Part shown: one piece after another, positions 41,348 to 52,061 of the stretch
Layout: each line of letters starts with the position of its first letter
Position numbering within the stretch: position 1 is the first letter of the stretch
Source of the DNA: Alphaproteobacteria bacterium
Lineage (GTDB): Bacteria > Pseudomonadota > Alphaproteobacteria > CALKHQ01
Assembly: GCA_965227515.1 (NCBI GenBank)
Contig: CBDDFZ010000001.1
Location: 2,592,001-2,656,000 of the forward strand
DNA: 64,000 nucleotides
Direction: 5' to 3'
The notes under the pieces: generated by a model
What the model was told of the DNA's origin: nothing
Seen by the model: only the letters and a program-made list of their open reading frames with translations
Database searches by the model: none
Made by a program: the position numbers and the translations under genes

Positions 41348-41689
41348 ATGACCATGCACAAATCAGGCGCCGTGATCGACGGCGGGACGACGGCTCCAAT
41401 GAAGCGGATCAACGGCGGCGGTGCGCCGGCCTGCGCGGGCCTGGTGTTCGTGGCCGAGGACGGCACCGTCAGCCGTGCGCAGCTTGCCCAGATGCTGCTG
41501 CAGGACCGCGAGCTTGCGTACGAGGAGGGCACACCGGCTGCGGCCGTCGCCGCCACCGTGGCGCTGTATCGGATATGCGGCCCGGACACGGCCGACCCGG
41601 ATGCCGTGGTGTCCGAGCTGGAACGCCTCAGCGACGACGACCTGGCACAACGGGTGCGCGACCTCGAAGAACAACTGAAGGACGTGTGA
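41348..41689 (+). CDS. Putative terminase small subunit
   Basis: 113-aa helical protein whose stop overlaps (GTGA) the large terminase start; C-terminal coiled coil LSDDDLAQRVRDLEEQL; assignment mainly positional. Confidence 0.45.
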   Translation: MTMHKSGAVIDGGTTAPMKRINGGGAPACAGLVFVAEDGTVSRAQLAQMLLQDRELAYEEGTPAAAVAATVALYRICGPDTADPDAVVSELERLSDDDLAQRVRDLEEQLKDV

Positions 41690-42504
41690 GCGTGCCGGCC
41701 CGCAACGGTGCAAACGGTGCAAACGGAGCCAACGGTGCGCGCGGCAATGGCGCGGCGAAGGGCGGGGGCGTTGTTGCAACCGTCGTCACACCCAAGGCCG
41801 CGTCCCACCGCGACCTGCGCGAGCAGCTCGCCGCCGTCTTGGCGGAGCAGGTGCGCCGCAAGGCCCGCAATCGCATGGCGCACTACCGGCCCTATCCCAG
41901 GCAGCTCGAATTTCACGCCGCCGGCGCGCGGCACCGCGAGCGTTTGTTCATGGCCGGCAACCAGCTCGGCAAGACCGTGGCCGGCGCGTTCGAGGTCGCC
42001 TTCCACCTGACCGGCCGCTACCCGGACTGGTGGCCGGGCCGGCGTTTCGCGCGGCCGATCCGCGCCTGGGCGGCCGGCGTGACGGCGGAGTCCACGCGCG
42101 ACAACCCGCAACGCCTGCTGGTCGGCGCGCCGCAGCGCAAGGAGGAATGGGGCACAGGCGCCGTTCCCGGCGACAGCCTGGCCGGCACCATTACCGCGCG
42201 CAGCCTGTCCGGCGCGCTCGACAGCATCGTCGTCGCCCACGCGGCCGGGGGCAATTCGGTGCTCGCCTTCAAATCCTATGAGAAGGGGCGGGAGAAGTGG
42301 CAGGGCGAGACCCTGGATCTGGTCTGGTACGACGAGGAGCCGCCTTTGCCGATCTATATCGAGGGCCTGACCCGCACCAACGCCACCGGCGGCATGACCA
42401 TGGTGACGTTCACCCCGCTGCTCGGCATGTCGGAGGTGGTGCGCATGTTCCTGGAGGACGCGTTGGACGACACCGACCCTGCCCCGGCGGGGGCCGCGGC
42501 CTGA
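41686..42504 (+). CDS. Phage terminase large subunit, N-terminal ATPase half (P22 gp2-like)
   Basis: YPRQLEFH, Walker A AGNQLGKT, HLTGRYPDWW, Walker B VWYDEEPP, motif III TFTPLLGMS. Confidence 0.9.
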   Translation: MSVPARNGANGANGANGARGNGAAKGGGVVATVVTPKAASHRDLREQLAAVLAEQVRRKARNRMAHYRPYPRQLEFHAAGARHRERLFMAGNQLGKTVAGAFEVAFHLTGRYPDWWPGRRFARPIRAWAAGVTAESTRDNPQRLLVGAPQRKEEWGTGAVPGDSLAGTITARSLSGALDSIVVAHAAGGNSVLAFKSYEKGREKWQGETLDLVWYDEEPPLPIYIEGLTRTNATGGMTMVTFTPLLGMSEVVRMFLEDALDDTDPAPAGAAA

Positions 42505-42505
42505 A

Positions 42506-43249
42506 ATGTCGCGCCACGTCACCCGCATGACCATCGACGACGTCACCCACATCGACGACGAGCAGAAGGCCAGGATCGTCGACAGCTACCCGCCGCACGA
42601 GCGCGAGGCGCGATTGCGCGGCATGCCGCAACTCGGTTCTGGGCGCGTGTTCCCGGTCGGCGAGGCGGACATCGCCTGCACCGCGATGGCGGCGCCGGAC
42701 CATTGGTGCCACATCGGCGGCATCGACTTCGGCTGGGACCATCCGACCGCGGCTGTCAAGCTGCTGTGGGACCGCGACGGCGACATTGTCTATGTCGCCC
42801 AGAGCTACCGCGTGCGCGAGGCGACGCCGGTGATCCATGCCGCGGCCCTGCGCCCCTGGGGGGGCGACATGCCGTGGTCGTGGCCGCAGGACGGCTACCA
42901 GCACGACAAGCAGTCCGGCGTCTCGATCGCCGCCGCCTACCGGGCCCAGGGCCTGAAAATGCTGGACAGCCATGCTCAGTTCGAGGACGGCAATTCCGGC
43001 GTCGAGGCCGGGCTGATGCAGATGCTGGAGCGGATGCAGACCGGCCGCCTGAAGGTTTTCGAGCACCTGACGGACTGGTTCGACGAGTTCCGGCTCTACC
43101 ACCGCAAGGACGGCCGTGTGGTGATGGAGCGCGACGACCTGATGGCCGCGACCCGCTACGCGCTGATGTCGCTGCGCTACAGCCGCGCTGTGCGCCGCCC
43201 GGCCCGCGCGAGGCGCGCGCTGACCGAGTACGCGATCTTCGGTGATTGA
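42506..43249 (+). CDS. Phage terminase large subunit, C-terminal nuclease half
   Basis: SYPPHEREARLRGMPQLGSGRVF, GIDFGWDHPTA, WPQDG, DDLMAATRYA. Confidence 0.9.
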   Translation: MSRHVTRMTIDDVTHIDDEQKARIVDSYPPHEREARLRGMPQLGSGRVFPVGEADIACTAMAAPDHWCHIGGIDFGWDHPTAAVKLLWDRDGDIVYVAQSYRVREATPVIHAAALRPWGGDMPWSWPQDGYQHDKQSGVSIAAAYRAQGLKMLDSHAQFEDGNSGVEAGLMQMLERMQTGRLKVFEHLTDWFDEFRLYHRKDGRVVMERDDLMAATRYALMSLRYSRAVRRPARARRALTEYAIFGD

Positions 43250-43276
43250 AGGTGTGTTGCTATCGCGGAACCGGCA

Positions 43277-43346
43277 CCAGCCCTCTCCCCCACCCGACCG
43301 CCCACGTGAGTATCCTGCTGGGCGGTCGGGTGGGGGAGAGGGCTGG
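43277..43346. repeat. Perfect 28-bp inverted repeat (REP-like hairpin, 14-nt loop)
   Basis: ccagccctctcccccacccgaccgccca / tgggcggtcgggtgggggagagggctgg. Confidence 0.9.
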
Positions 43347-43421
43347 CGCAGACTGATCGCGCGATGCTCCACCGGAGCATCGATTGCGAAAAAGTGAACA
43401 TATCATGATCAAACAAGGAGA

Positions 43422-43637
43422 ATGACCATGGGTGGATTGTTGTCACCGCCACAGAAGGCCTCCCCACCGCCGCTGCCGGCGCCGGTGCCCCGCGACGATG
43501 CCGAGGTGCAGCGCGTCGCCGCCGAGGAACGCCGCCGCCGCCGTGCCCAGTCCGGCCGCAGCAGCACCATCAAGACCTCCGGCCAGGGCGTCACCGAACA
43601 GGCACCGGTCGGCCACAAGCGCCTGCTTGGCGAATAG
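43422..43637 (+). CDS. Small podovirus-type pre-portal virion protein
   Basis: AAGGAG SD; MGGLLS...Pro-rich...GRSSTIKTSGQG...KRLLGE pattern typical of the gene before T7/BPP-1-like portals. Confidence 0.6.
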   Translation: MTMGGLLSPPQKASPPPLPAPVPRDDAEVQRVAAEERRRRRAQSGRSSTIKTSGQGVTEQAPVGHKRLLGE

Positions 43638-43677
43638 GTGGCCGTTGCCGCTATCGCCATGCAACGAGGATGACGAG

Positions 43678-45342
43678 ATGAGAGACACCGCACGGGAATT
43701 GCGGGCACGGTTCGAGGCGTTGGCTGGCCGGCGCGGGCCGTGGGAGGCGCATTGGCAGGAGATCGCCGAGCGCGTGCTGCCGCGCCAGGCCGGCTTCACC
43801 GGCCGCACCACGCCGGGCGCCAAGCGCAACGAGAAGATCTTCGACAGCACGGCCCCGCTGGCGCTGGAGCGTTTCGCGGCGGCGATGGAGTCGATGCTGA
43901 CGCCGCGAGGCCAGCGCTGGCATCATTTGCGGGTCGCGGACGAGGAGCTTGGCCGGCGCGACGACGTGCGCGCCTGGCTGGAGGCGGTGGAGCGCAGGCT
44001 GTTCGCCAGCCGCTATGCGCCGCGCGCCAACTACGCCTCGCAGCAGCACGAGATCTACATGTCGCTGGGGGCGTTCGGCACCGGGGCCATGTTCCTGGGC
44101 GACGACCCGGTGGCGGGGCCGACCTACCGCGCCATCCACCTGGGCGAGCTTTACGTCGACGAGGACGCGCACGGCCGCATCGACACCGTGTTCCGCAAAT
44201 TCGAGCTGACCGCCCGCCAGGCGCGCCAGTTCTTCGGCGCCGACCGGCTGCCGGACACGATCCTGCGCGCGGGCGAGGATGCGGGCGACCGCAAGTTCGC
44301 CTTCCTGCACGCCGTGTTCCCGCGCACCGCGCGCAATCCGGCGAAGCTGGACAGCCGCAACATGTGCTTCGCCTCGTGGTACCTGGCGCTCGACGGCAAC
44401 GAGCTGATCGGCGAGGGCGGGTACCGCACCTTCCCCTACATGATCAGCCGCTACGTCACCGCGCCGGGCGAGGTTTATGGCCGCTCGCCGGCGATGGCGG
44501 TGCTGCCCGACATCAAGATGCTGAACGAGGCGGCGCGCACCATCATCCGTGCCGCCCACCGGCAGGTCGACCCGCCTATTCTGGTCCACGACGACGGCGT
44601 GCTCGGGCCGCTGAACCTGCAGCCAAACGCGGTCAACGTCGGTGGGCTGTCACCGACCGGCGAGCCATTGGCAAAGCCTTTTAACAGCGGAGGGAAGATC
44701 GACATCGGTCAGGAACTGCTGGAGGCGTGGCGGGGCTCGATCAAGGACGCATTCCTGGTCAGCCTGTTCCAGGTGCTGACCGACCATCCGAACATGACCG
44801 CCACCGAGGCGTTGGTGCGGGTGCAGGAGAAGGGCGCGTTGATCGCGCCCGCCGTCGGCCGCCAGCACTCCGAGGCGCTGGGGCCGATGATCGCGCGCGA
44901 GATCGACATCCTGACCCATCGCCGTGCTCTGCCGCCGGCGCCGCCGGTGTTGGCCGAGGCGCGGGCCGACCTCGAAATCCGCTACGACAGCCCGATGGCC
45001 CGCGCCCAGCGTGCTCAGGACGTCAGCGGCATCGCGCGGCTGGTGGAAACAGTCGCGCCGCTGTTGCGCATGCATCCTTCGGTGGTCGACCTGTTCGATG
45101 CCGACGCCATCGTGCGGCTGGCCGGCGAGGCCTATGGCGTGCCGCATGGCGCGCTGCGCGCCGAGGCCGACGTCGAGGCGCATCGCGCGCGGGCCGCCGA
45201 GGAAGGCACAGAGCCTGCACCGGGCGACGATGTGCTGGGCCAGCTTGCCGGGACTCTCGGCGCTCTTGCCCCGACCATGGCGGACGATCCCACGTCGGTG
45301 CCCCTTGAGACCGGGGTTGTCGCGCCGGGGGCGACGCCATGA
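43678..45342 (+). CDS. Portal (head-to-tail connector), T7 gp8/BPP-1-like
   Basis: FDSTAPLALERFAAAM, GAFGTG, GEVYGRSPAM, MTATE, 554 aa. Confidence 0.88.
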   Translation: MRDTARELRARFEALAGRRGPWEAHWQEIAERVLPRQAGFTGRTTPGAKRNEKIFDSTAPLALERFAAAMESMLTPRGQRWHHLRVADEELGRRDDVRAWLEAVERRLFASRYAPRANYASQQHEIYMSLGAFGTGAMFLGDDPVAGPTYRAIHLGELYVDEDAHGRIDTVFRKFELTARQARQFFGADRLPDTILRAGEDAGDRKFAFLHAVFPRTARNPAKLDSRNMCFASWYLALDGNELIGEGGYRTFPYMISRYVTAPGEVYGRSPAMAVLPDIKMLNEAARTIIRAAHRQVDPPILVHDDGVLGPLNLQPNAVNVGGLSPTGEPLAKPFNSGGKIDIGQELLEAWRGSIKDAFLVSLFQVLTDHPNMTATEALVRVQEKGALIAPAVGRQHSEALGPMIAREIDILTHRRALPPAPPVLAEARADLEIRYDSPMARAQRAQDVSGIARLVETVAPLLRMHPSVVDLFDADAIVRLAGEAYGVPHGALRAEADVEAHRARAAEEGTEPAPGDDVLGQLAGTLGALAPTMADDPTSVPLETGVVAPGATP

Positions 45343-45632
45343 TGTGGCTGACCCGCCGTGGCCTGCGCAAGCGCCAGGAGGTCTACCGCCGCGTGTTCGA
45401 GACCCCGGCCGGCCAGGAAGTGCTGTCCGACCTCGCCACCTTCTGCCGCGCCTTCACCAGCACATTCGTGCGCGGCGACCCCTATTCCACCGCGCTCGGC
45501 GAGGGCCGGCGCGAAGTGTTCAACCGCATCGCCGGGCTGATCGCCCTGGATGAGGACGGCTACGCCCGGCTGATGGCGCAGCACCTGCTGGAGCCGGATC
45601 AGGCCGGCCACCGGCTCGCCGAAAAGGAGTGA
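45339..45632 (+). CDS. Bbp19-like phage protein
   Basis: YRRVFETPAGQEVLSDL...DPYSTALGEGRREVFNRI; ATGA overlap with portal. Confidence 0.75.
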   Translation: MMWLTRRGLRKRQEVYRRVFETPAGQEVLSDLATFCRAFTSTFVRGDPYSTALGEGRREVFNRIAGLIALDEDGYARLMAQHLLEPDQAGHRLAEKE

Positions 45633-45635
45633 GAC

Positions 45636-46508
45636 ATGCAAACCGAAACCATGACCCAAACGACCGCCGCCTCGCCCGGACCAAACGCGGCGAGCGCGTT
45701 GCCGGCCTGGGCCGCCAGCCTGCCGGACGATATCCGCGCCCTGGTCGCCAAGAAGAAGTGGCCGGATATCGCGGCTGCCCTGCGGTCATACCAGCATGTC
45801 GAGCGCCGGCTCGGCGAACTGAAGCGCAAGGCGCTGGTGGAGGTGCCGGCGGAGGATGCCGATCCGGCGGCGTGGTCGGCGCTGTTCGACAAGCTCGGCC
45901 GGCCGGCCCGGCCCGATGACTACGATCTTGCCGGCATGGAGGCCGGTGAGGCGGAAGAAACGCCTGCGATGACCGCGTTTCGCCAACTCGCCCACGACAT
46001 TGGACTCAGCGCGACCCAGGTGAGCGCGCTCAGCGGTTGGTGGCAGGGCTTGGTCGAGGACTGCCGCGCCTTGCACGAGGACGATGCGGATGCGGATGCT
46101 GCGGCCGCGGCCGTATCCGTCGAGGAGGTGCTGCGCCAGCACTGGGGCGCCGACTATGAGCGCCGCCGCGCCATGGCCGAGCGCGCCTACATGCAGTTCG
46201 CCGACCCGCGCGTCGGCATCGGCGACCGTGGGCTCGCCGCGCTGGAGGAACTGAGCGACGCCGCCGCGGTGATGGACATGCTCGCCGACATCGGCCAGGC
46301 GATGAGCGAGGACGTGCGGGTTGGCGGCGAGGGTACTGTCGACTTCGGCCTGTCTCAGGACGACGCGCGCAGCCAGCTTAGTCAGCTCAAGCGCGACAAG
46401 GCGTTCATGGACGCCTATCTCGACAAGCGCCACCAGGACCACGACCGCGCCGTACAGCGTGCGCGGGCGCTCAACCGCATCGCCGCCGGCGTCGACCCGC
46501 ACGGCTGA
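45636..46508 (+). CDS. Capsid assembly scaffolding protein (podovirus-type)
   Basis: [44 protein letters not shown]; AAGGAG SD. Confidence 0.7.
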   Translation: MQTETMTQTTAASPGPNAASALPAWAASLPDDIRALVAKKKWPDIAAALRSYQHVERRLGELKRKALVEVPAEDADPAAWSALFDKLGRPARPDDYDLAGMEAGEAEETPAMTAFRQLAHDIGLSATQVSALSGWWQGLVEDCRALHEDDADADAAAAAVSVEEVLRQHWGADYERRRAMAERAYMQFADPRVGIGDRGLAALEELSDAAAVMDMLADIGQAMSEDVRVGGEGTVDFGLSQDDARSQLSQLKRDKAFMDAYLDKRHQDHDRAVQRARALNRIAAGVDPHG

Positions 46509-46588
46509 CGCTTTCGCGGCCCGCATTGAACCCTCCCGCCGCCAGTTGCGACCCCATGAGTGGAGCAACTGGAGGGTGGGAGGCGATC

Positions 46589-47665
46589 ATGAGCTTTGCG
46601 GCGAAGCTGGATCCTAAATTTTCGACCAAGGTGCTGGAGTCCGTGTTCCCAGACCCAATTATTGGCGGGTTCGGGGCGCAGGAAATCCACGGCACCGAGA
46701 ACAAGGACATCATCTGGGGCGATGATGGGCCGACCGCGGCGGGCCCGTTCTGGACCATTCGCGGCAATCACGCCGACATCCTGTACGGCCATGGCGGCGA
46801 CGACACCATGTATGGCGAGCACGGCGCCGACACCCTGTTTGGCGGCGAGGGCGCCGACCATCTCGATGGCGGCACCGGAAACGATTTTCTGGATGGCGGT
46901 GCCGGCAGCGACAATCTGTTCGGTGGTGCCGGCAACGACCTGATATTCGGCGGCGACGGCATCGACAACCTGCATGGCGAGGCTGGCGACGACAGCCTGT
47001 TCGGCGGGGACGACTTCGATTGGATCAACGGCGGCGCCGGCGATGACTGGATCGATGGCGGCGACGGCAACGACTATCTGATGGGCGAGGCCGCCGGCGA
47101 CCTGGACCACGGCGACGACATCATCTACGGCGGCCTGGGCGACGACGAACTGCGCGGGCGCAGCGGCAACGACAGCCTGTTCGGCGGTGTCGGCAACGAC
47201 GTGCTGAAGGGCGAGTTCGGCGAGGACTATCTGTCCGGCGGCGATGGCGACGACATCCTGTACGGCGGCTATGACGGGGCCGACATCGCACCGACCGGCA
47301 GCTACACCGACGGCTGGGAGATCGCGGTCAAGCTGGACGACGGCAACGATGTGCTGGATGGCGGGGCCGGCAACGACCTGCTGATCGGCGGCGGCGGCGC
47401 CAACATCTTGACCGGCGGCAGTGGCGCCGACGGGTTCGCCCTCGACAACTACATCTCCAACCTGTCGGCGGTGCCGGACTACTTCCAGCCCAACATCATC
47501 ACCGACTACAGTTGGTCAGGCGACGGCGACAAGATCGAAGGCCACCACGCGGTCAGCGTCGGCGGCAACACCACCCACGTCTATGCCGACGACGACCAGT
47601 TGCTGTTCATCCTGACCGACCACGACCTCGCGACCGATGGCATCCACCTGGTCTGGTTCGGGTAG
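46589..47665 (+). CDS. RTX/haemolysin-type Ca2+-binding repeat protein (probable T1SS substrate)
   Basis: Many GGxGxDxLx nonapeptides, no Sec signal peptide, GGAGG SD. Confidence 0.88.
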   Translation: MSFAAKLDPKFSTKVLESVFPDPIIGGFGAQEIHGTENKDIIWGDDGPTAAGPFWTIRGNHADILYGHGGDDTMYGEHGADTLFGGEGADHLDGGTGNDFLDGGAGSDNLFGGAGNDLIFGGDGIDNLHGEAGDDSLFGGDDFDWINGGAGDDWIDGGDGNDYLMGEAAGDLDHGDDIIYGGLGDDELRGRSGNDSLFGGVGNDVLKGEFGEDYLSGGDGDDILYGGYDGADIAPTGSYTDGWEIAVKLDDGNDVLDGGAGNDLLIGGGGANILTGGSGADGFALDNYISNLSAVPDYFQPNIITDYSWSGDGDKIEGHHAVSVGGNTTHVYADDDQLLFILTDHDLATDGIHLVWFG

Positions 47666-47668
47666 GCG

Positions 47669-49810
47669 CTATTCACCAATCCCGAGCGCGCCGAGCAGGA
47701 ACGCATAGCGCATCGCCCAGGCGCGATAGCGCTCATGGCGCCCGGAATCGCCGCCATGGCCCGAATCCATGTCGGTGTGCAGCAGCAACAGCAGGTCGTC
47801 GCCGTTCAGCGCTCGTATCCGCGCCACATACTTTGCCACTTCCCAGAACCGCACCTGCTCGTCGCCCACCGCCGTGGTCAGCAACATCGCCGGATAGTCG
47901 CGGTCGGCCAGGTTGTAGTAGGGGTCGTAGGCGCGGATCCACCCATACTCCTCGGCCTCGTTCGGGTTGCCCCACTCGTTGTATTCGCCGGTGGTCAGCG
48001 GCAGCGACGGGTCCAGCATCACGTTCAGCACGTCGACGAAGGGCACGTCCAGAATGGCGGCGGCGAACAGGTCCGGGCGCATGTTCAGGACCGCGCCGAC
48101 AGTCAGGCCACCGGCCGAGCCGCCGGTCAGCGCCAGGCGGTCCGCCGACGTGTAGCCTTCCGCGATCAGGTGCTCGGCCACCGCGATCACGTCGGTGAAC
48201 GTGTTCATTTTGTTGGCCATACGGCCGCCGTCATACCAGGGGTCGCCCAGCTCGCCGCCGCCGCGCACATGCGCCATGGCATAGATCACGCCGCGGTCCA
48301 TCAGGCTGAGCTTGGTGAAGTCGAAATAGACGCTGTTGGCATACCCATAGGCGCCATAGGCTTCGATCAGCAGCGGCGCGCTGCCGTCCAAAGGCGTGCC
48401 CCGCGCCATTGCCAGCGAGATCGGGATCTGGGTGCCGTCCGGCGCGGTGGCGAACAGGCGCCGCACCTCATAGTCCTCGCTGTCGAACGGCCCGGCGATG
48501 GGCGCGCGGTCGACCAGCGTCGACTCCGCCGTCGCCATGTCGAGCGCATAGATGCTCTGCGGGGCGATCATGGACTCGTAAACGTAGAGGTACGCGTCGG
48601 TGTCGTCGGACGGGTTCCACTCGCTGTAGACCGTGTAGGCCGGGTCGGGGAAAGCCACCTGGCGCACCGCGCCGGTTGCGCGGTCGTAGATCTCCATCTT
48701 CTTCAGGCCGTCCTCGACGATGTAGATCTGGATGAAGCGGGTGAAGATGTTGGCGCCGGTCAGCGCGATGTCGTCGCGCGCCGGCACCAGGGTCTCCCAC
48801 GCGGCACTATCGACGCCGGCGACGATCTCGGGAATCGAGGTCGCGGCCAGGCGGTAGAACTCGCTGGTGTCGTTGATGCGCACCACCAGCTGGTTGCCGG
48901 CATGGGTCGCGCCATACCAGATGCCTTCCTCGCGCGGCCGCACCAGGATCGGTTCGGCATCCGGGTCGTAGATATCCAGCAGCCTGATCTCCGACGTGTC
49001 GCTGGCGGCGCTGAAGATGGCCAGGAACCGGTTGTCGGAGGTCAGAAAGCTGCTGAGCCAGTACTCCGGGTCGTCCTCGGTGTAGATGACCTGGTCGGGG
49101 CCATCGCTGCCCGGCACATGGCGCCGCAGCTCATAGCCGCGCAGGGTATCGTCGGTGGCGATGTAGTAGAGAGCGGAGGCGTCCGGCGCCCAGAGCGCGC
49201 TATCGGTGCCTTCGATGGGCGCACCGATGTCCTCGCCGGTTTCCAGGTCGTGCAGGATGGTGTGGTAGTCGATGCCGCCTGTGGTCGATACGGCATAGGC
49301 CAGATACCGCCCATCCTCCGACACGTCCCAGAACGGCACGCTGAAATAGTCGTGGCCCTCCGCCAGGGCATTGACGTCGATGACCGTTTCCACCGGCCCG
49401 TCGCGGCTGCCCGCGTGGCGATAGAGGCTCCAGTAGTCCTCGTCCGCGCCGACCTGCCAGAAGTACCAGTAGTCGCCAAAGCGGATCGGATAGGTGCGGT
49501 CGCTGTCGGCGAGCCTGCCCGTCATCTCGTCGAACAGGGCCTGTTCCAACGCCGACACGGGCGCCATCACCGTGTCGAGATAAGCGTTCTCCGCCGCGAC
49601 GTAGTCGAGCACGCGCTGGTCGTCCTCGCCGCTCATCCAGGCGTAGTCGTCGACCAGCCGGTCGCCGTGCATCTCGATGACCAGTTCCTCGATGGGGGCG
49701 ACCGGTGGCGTAGCGGCCAGTGGATCGAGCAGGGAGGCCGGTTGCGGCGGCAGGTCCTGCGCCCAACCGATCGACGGCACCAACAGCAGCGCGACAACAA
49801 TTCTGCGCAT
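47669..49810 (-). CDS. ptrB: Oligopeptidase B (S9A) with signal peptide
   Basis: DDYAWM, HVRGGGELG, GGSAGG nucleophile, DEQV, SGHGG. Confidence 0.9.
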   Translation of the reverse strand: MRRIVVALLLVPSIGWAQDLPPQPASLLDPLAATPPVAPIEELVIEMHGDRLVDDYAWMSGEDDQRVLDYVAAENAYLDTVMAPVSALEQALFDEMTGRLADSDRTYPIRFGDYWYFWQVGADEDYWSLYRHAGSRDGPVETVIDVNALAEGHDYFSVPFWDVSEDGRYLAYAVSTTGGIDYHTILHDLETGEDIGAPIEGTDSALWAPDASALYYIATDDTLRGYELRRHVPGSDGPDQVIYTEDDPEYWLSSFLTSDNRFLAIFSAASDTSEIRLLDIYDPDAEPILVRPREEGIWYGATHAGNQLVVRINDTSEFYRLAATSIPEIVAGVDSAAWETLVPARDDIALTGANIFTRFIQIYIVEDGLKKMEIYDRATGAVRQVAFPDPAYTVYSEWNPSDDTDAYLYVYESMIAPQSIYALDMATAESTLVDRAPIAGPFDSEDYEVRRLFATAPDGTQIPISLAMARGTPLDGSAPLLIEAYGAYGYANSVYFDFTKLSLMDRGVIYAMAHVRGGGELGDPWYDGGRMANKMNTFTDVIAVAEHLIAEGYTSADRLALTGGSAGGLTVGAVLNMRPDLFAAAILDVPFVDVLNVMLDPSLPLTTGEYNEWGNPNEAEEYGWIRAYDPYYNLADRDYPAMLLTTAVGDEQVRFWEVAKYVARIRALNGDDLLLLLHTDMDSGHGGDSGRHERYRAWAMRYAFLLGALGIGE

Positions 49811-49927
49811 CAGTTTCCCCCACTCAAGCGTGTCATTTTCCAGTCAATACCGCGCACCGATTAGCATCCGAACGCGCCGAAATCATGGCGGTGCGGTCTG
49901 GGTGCGCCATGCACGATCGTAGGACGT

Positions 49928-50323
49928 TCAGGCCGACGGAGGCCAGGGGCCTTCGACCAGGCTGGCTTCCTCGCGCTCGGTCGGCCAGGGCGGCATGGTG
50001 ATGCCGACGGCGCTCAACGGTTCGTTGCCGGTGGCGCGGAACTGGAAGTGGGTGCCGAGCGGAATGGTCAGGCAGGTGCCGACCGAGAGCGCCGCCACCG
50101 CTTCCTGACCGTCGTGCTTGCGCCACATCTCGCCGCTGCCGCCGACCACGTACCAGATCTCCTCGACCGTGCGGTGGGTGACCGCGCGCGAGACCTTGCC
50201 CGGCGCCAGGGTGAAATGCGCCATGCTGCCGCCGGCCAGTTGCAGCAGGACGCGCACGTCCGACCCGTCGGGTGCTTCCACATCCGCCTCGGCGGGAAGC
50301 TGCATGGTGTTGAAAGCGGTCAT
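49928..50323 (-). CDS. Cupin domain protein
   Basis: APDGSDVR, HRTVEEIWY, GTHFQFR, TMPPWP. Confidence 0.85.
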   Translation of the reverse strand: MTAFNTMQLPAEADVEAPDGSDVRVLLQLAGGSMAHFTLAPGKVSRAVTHRTVEEIWYVVGGSGEMWRKHDGQEAVAALSVGTCLTIPLGTHFQFRATGNEPLSAVGITMPPWPTEREEASLVEGPWPPSA

Positions 50324-50370
50324 CGCCGTTGTCCCAGTGCCGTTGCGGCACCACCCTATGCGACCCGGCA

Positions 50371-50426
50371 AGAAAGAAACAGGCGGTGCACCCTGGGGGG
50401 GGGTGAAACTCGTGGCGCACCGCCTG
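50371..50426 (-). terminator. Probable terminator after aceA
   Basis: caggcggtgc...gcaccgcctg stem followed on the minus strand by tttctttct. Confidence 0.55.
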
Positions 50427-50452
50427 CAACTCACAGATTCGGAAGCGAGGGT

Positions 50453-51889
<1,437 letters not shown>

Positions 51890-51951
51890 CTCGGTGTCCC
51901 CGTGCTGTGTTGCATTGCACAACAATTGCGATGGCGCAGAGACTGGCTTGC

Positions 51952-52043
51952 GAATTTACAAACCGCAATAAATGATTGAATTTACACCAGAAAACGTGTT
52001 AGTGTTTGTAAAGATCGACGTGCGAATCTGTTAAGGTGTAAAG
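51952..52043. promoter_or_regulatory. Putative RamB/ScfR operator array (TTTACA/TGTAAA)
   Basis: TTTACAAA 51955, TTTACAC 51981, TTTGTAAA 52005, GTGTAAA 52036 between aceA and its regulator. Confidence 0.55.
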
Positions 52044-52061
52044 GCTGCGGGAGGGGTGTAG

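Larger units (their letters stand above)
40630..46508 (+). mobile_element. Phage-derived packaging/head module lacking capsid, tail, integrase and replication genes (GTA-like or prophage remnant)
   Basis: Gene content above; flanked by host genes; no att repeats seen. Confidence 0.7.

Noticed and set aside
40630-46508. Complete prophage, or BPP-1-like diversity-generating retroelement
   Set aside because: No capsid, tail, integrase, replication or lysis genes; no reverse transcriptase or TR/VR pair seen
46770-47430. Periodic GGCGGC/GACGAC repeats as a CRISPR array
   Set aside because: They are in-frame RTX nonapeptide codons; no constant repeat-spacer structure or cas genes
50395-50403. G9 homopolymer as a phase-variation tract
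   Set aside because: Intergenic, inside the loop of a terminator-like hairpin, not in a CDS or evident promoter
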